64,000 bases of DNA, from the NCBI GenBank assembly GCA_016297215.1, contig JAEDGZ010000007.1, forward strand, positions 1,312 to 65,311. Reading direction: 5' to 3'. Under the pieces are notes generated by a model, which worked only from the letters and a program-made list of their open reading frames with translations, was not told the origin of the DNA and made no database searches. Made by a program: the position numbers and the translations under genes. The stretch is from Paludibacteraceae bacterium (lineage in GTDB: Bacteria > Bacteroidota > Bacteroidia > Bacteroidales > Paludibacteraceae). Shown here piece after piece: positions 63,130 through 64,000 of this stretch; within the stretch, counting starts at the first letter, position 1, and each line of letters begins with the position of its first letter.

Positions 63130-63555
63130 TTAGAAGACGTCTGCTTCGGGAGCGTCGAGGTTGTCGGTGGCGGGAGACTCTTCGGGGAGGGGCTCATCGT
63201 TGCGCTTGGTCTGGTACTCCTGCGGGCGGTAGAGGATCTGCACGTTCTCGGCAATGACCTCAGTCTTGCGGCGGACTTGCCCGTCCTTCTCCCACGAGCG
63301 GGTTTGGAGTTTGCCCTCGATGTATAGTTTCATGCCCTTGCGGACGTATTTCTCCGCCCACTCGGCGAGGTTTCGCCAAAGGACGATGGCGTGCCAGTCG
63401 GTGCGGTCTGGCACTTGGGTGCCGTTCTGCATGACATAGCCGCGTTCGGTGGTGGCAAGATTGAAGTTAGCGATGGCAACGCCGCGGTCAAGATAGCGTA
63501 CTTCGGGGTCGGAACCTACGTTGCCAATGAGAATGACTTTGTTTACGGATGACAT
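63130..63555 (-). CDS. ssb: Single-stranded DNA-binding protein
   Basis: 141 aa with MSSVNKVILIGNVGSDPEVRY and an OB fold. The acidic C-terminal tip is ..DAPEADVF. Confidence 0.93.
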   Translation of the reverse strand: MSSVNKVILIGNVGSDPEVRYLDRGVAIANFNLATTERGYVMQNGTQVPDRTDWHAIVLWRNLAEWAEKYVRKGMKLYIEGKLQTRSWEKDGQVRRKTEVIAENVQILYRPQEYQTKRNDEPLPEESPATDNLDAPEADVF

Positions 63556-63610
63556 AGTTAAATATGAATTAAGAATTAAGAATTAAGGGACGCTGTCTGT
63601 CATAAATAAA
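63556..63610 (+). repeat. GAATTAW heptamer array plus conserved tail, in the ssb leader
   Basis: The sequence is aaatatgaattaagaattaagaattaagggacgctgtctgtcataaataaa. Sister copies lie at 52521-52550, 55850-55900 and 58068-58118. Confidence 0.85.
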
Positions 63611-63646
63611 GGCAGACGCGTCTTGCTTTCCACTTGAAAAACCGCG

Positions 63647-63654
63647 CAAAGTTA
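63647..63654 (-). promoter_or_regulatory. -7 box TAACTTTG upstream of ssb
   Basis: The reverse complement of caaagtta lies 92 nt upstream of ATG 63555. Confidence 0.45.
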
Positions 63655-63854
63655 CGAAAAGTTTTTGATATATGCAATAGAAGATGTATTTTTTGCGTGG
63701 GAAATCGCCTTTTTCCACAAAAACCGCCGATAATCCCTTCGAGAACATGCAAGAAGATTTTTAATGTAAGTTCGGAAGTAAGGTGCTAATACACGAAAAC
63801 GACTGCGTTTTTTCTCAACAAAAATTGTTTTGGGTGGTTTGTGTCAAACCATCC

Positions 63855-63918
63855 GCAGGCGAGATGTCTGCGTCCCCGGTACTTTGTTTTAGCAGGCGGG
63901 GACGCCTACGCACCCGGG
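63855..63918 (+). repeat. Two REP-like hairpins
   Basis: The two copies are gcaggcgagatgtctgcgtccccgg (63855-63879) and gcaggcggggacgcctacgcacccggg (63892-63918). Confidence 0.9.
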
Positions 63919-64000
63919 CATAGCATTGCTACCTCTCTGCTCTTTGGTGTGTATAATCAAACAGGTCATCTCTCTCCTTGCCGTCTTGCATGTAAAAAAG

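Noticed and set aside
63931-64000. Possible 3' end of a minus-strand gene at the right edge of the window.
   Set aside because: The fragment is too short (under 25 codons) to recognise any family, so it is left unannotated.

Overview
This is a chromosomal segment of a G+C-rich Bacteroidota (Bacteroidales, Prevotella-like) genome. The assignment rests on T9SS C-terminal sorting tails, a SusC/SusD pair, TAnnTTTG -7 promoter boxes and meso-DAP dehydrogenase. Gene content in order: LRR protein fragment, dnaE, folC, an AT-rich islet (zinc-ribbon ORF plus BspA-like LRR protein), PARG-like macrodomain protein, sanA, nitroreductase, dcp and a serC-serA-T9SS type B operon. Next come a carboxyltransferase with a lysine-less biotinyl-like domain, two T9SS cargo proteins, ddh and a 1.87k-aa GLUG-repeat T9SS adhesin. 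A complete fructan PUL follows: fructokinase, MFS, two GH32, DUF4960, SusD, SusC, a T9SS-tailed ORF and a PBP-TM-AraC regulator. The window ends with a FucP-like MFS, DPP-IV, an SDR, amgK(-RapZ_C fusion)-murU, rlmH, tRNA-Leu(CAA), rpsU, recG, tonB, an AT-rich flippase plus AsnB-like pair, a FemAB-like GNAT and ssb. I found no transposase, integrase, cas gene, CRISPR array or recognisable defence system. The most unusual signal is at DNA level. At least five families of small repeats populate nearly every intergenic gap: a GC-rich REP-like hairpin with compensatory substitutions, a ~60-nt GGGGACCCCGCAAGGGGGAG element, a CCCTCCCTAAAGGGAGGG palindrome, AT-rich ACATATAATTATCGTGTAATTA foldback elements including a ~470-bp palindrome, and 7/9/11-nt microsatellite arrays. 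Several of them sit in frame inside intact genes (folC twice, dnaE, the amgK fusion linker, the PUL regulator, a GH32 signal peptide), which recalls Rickettsia palindromic elements. The best protein-level candidates for something undescribed are three. First, the fructan-PUL regulator lacks all phosphorelay domains. Second, an AmgK kinase is fused to a RapZ C-terminal domain. Third, there is a flippase / Cys-less AsnB-like / FemAB-like trio.
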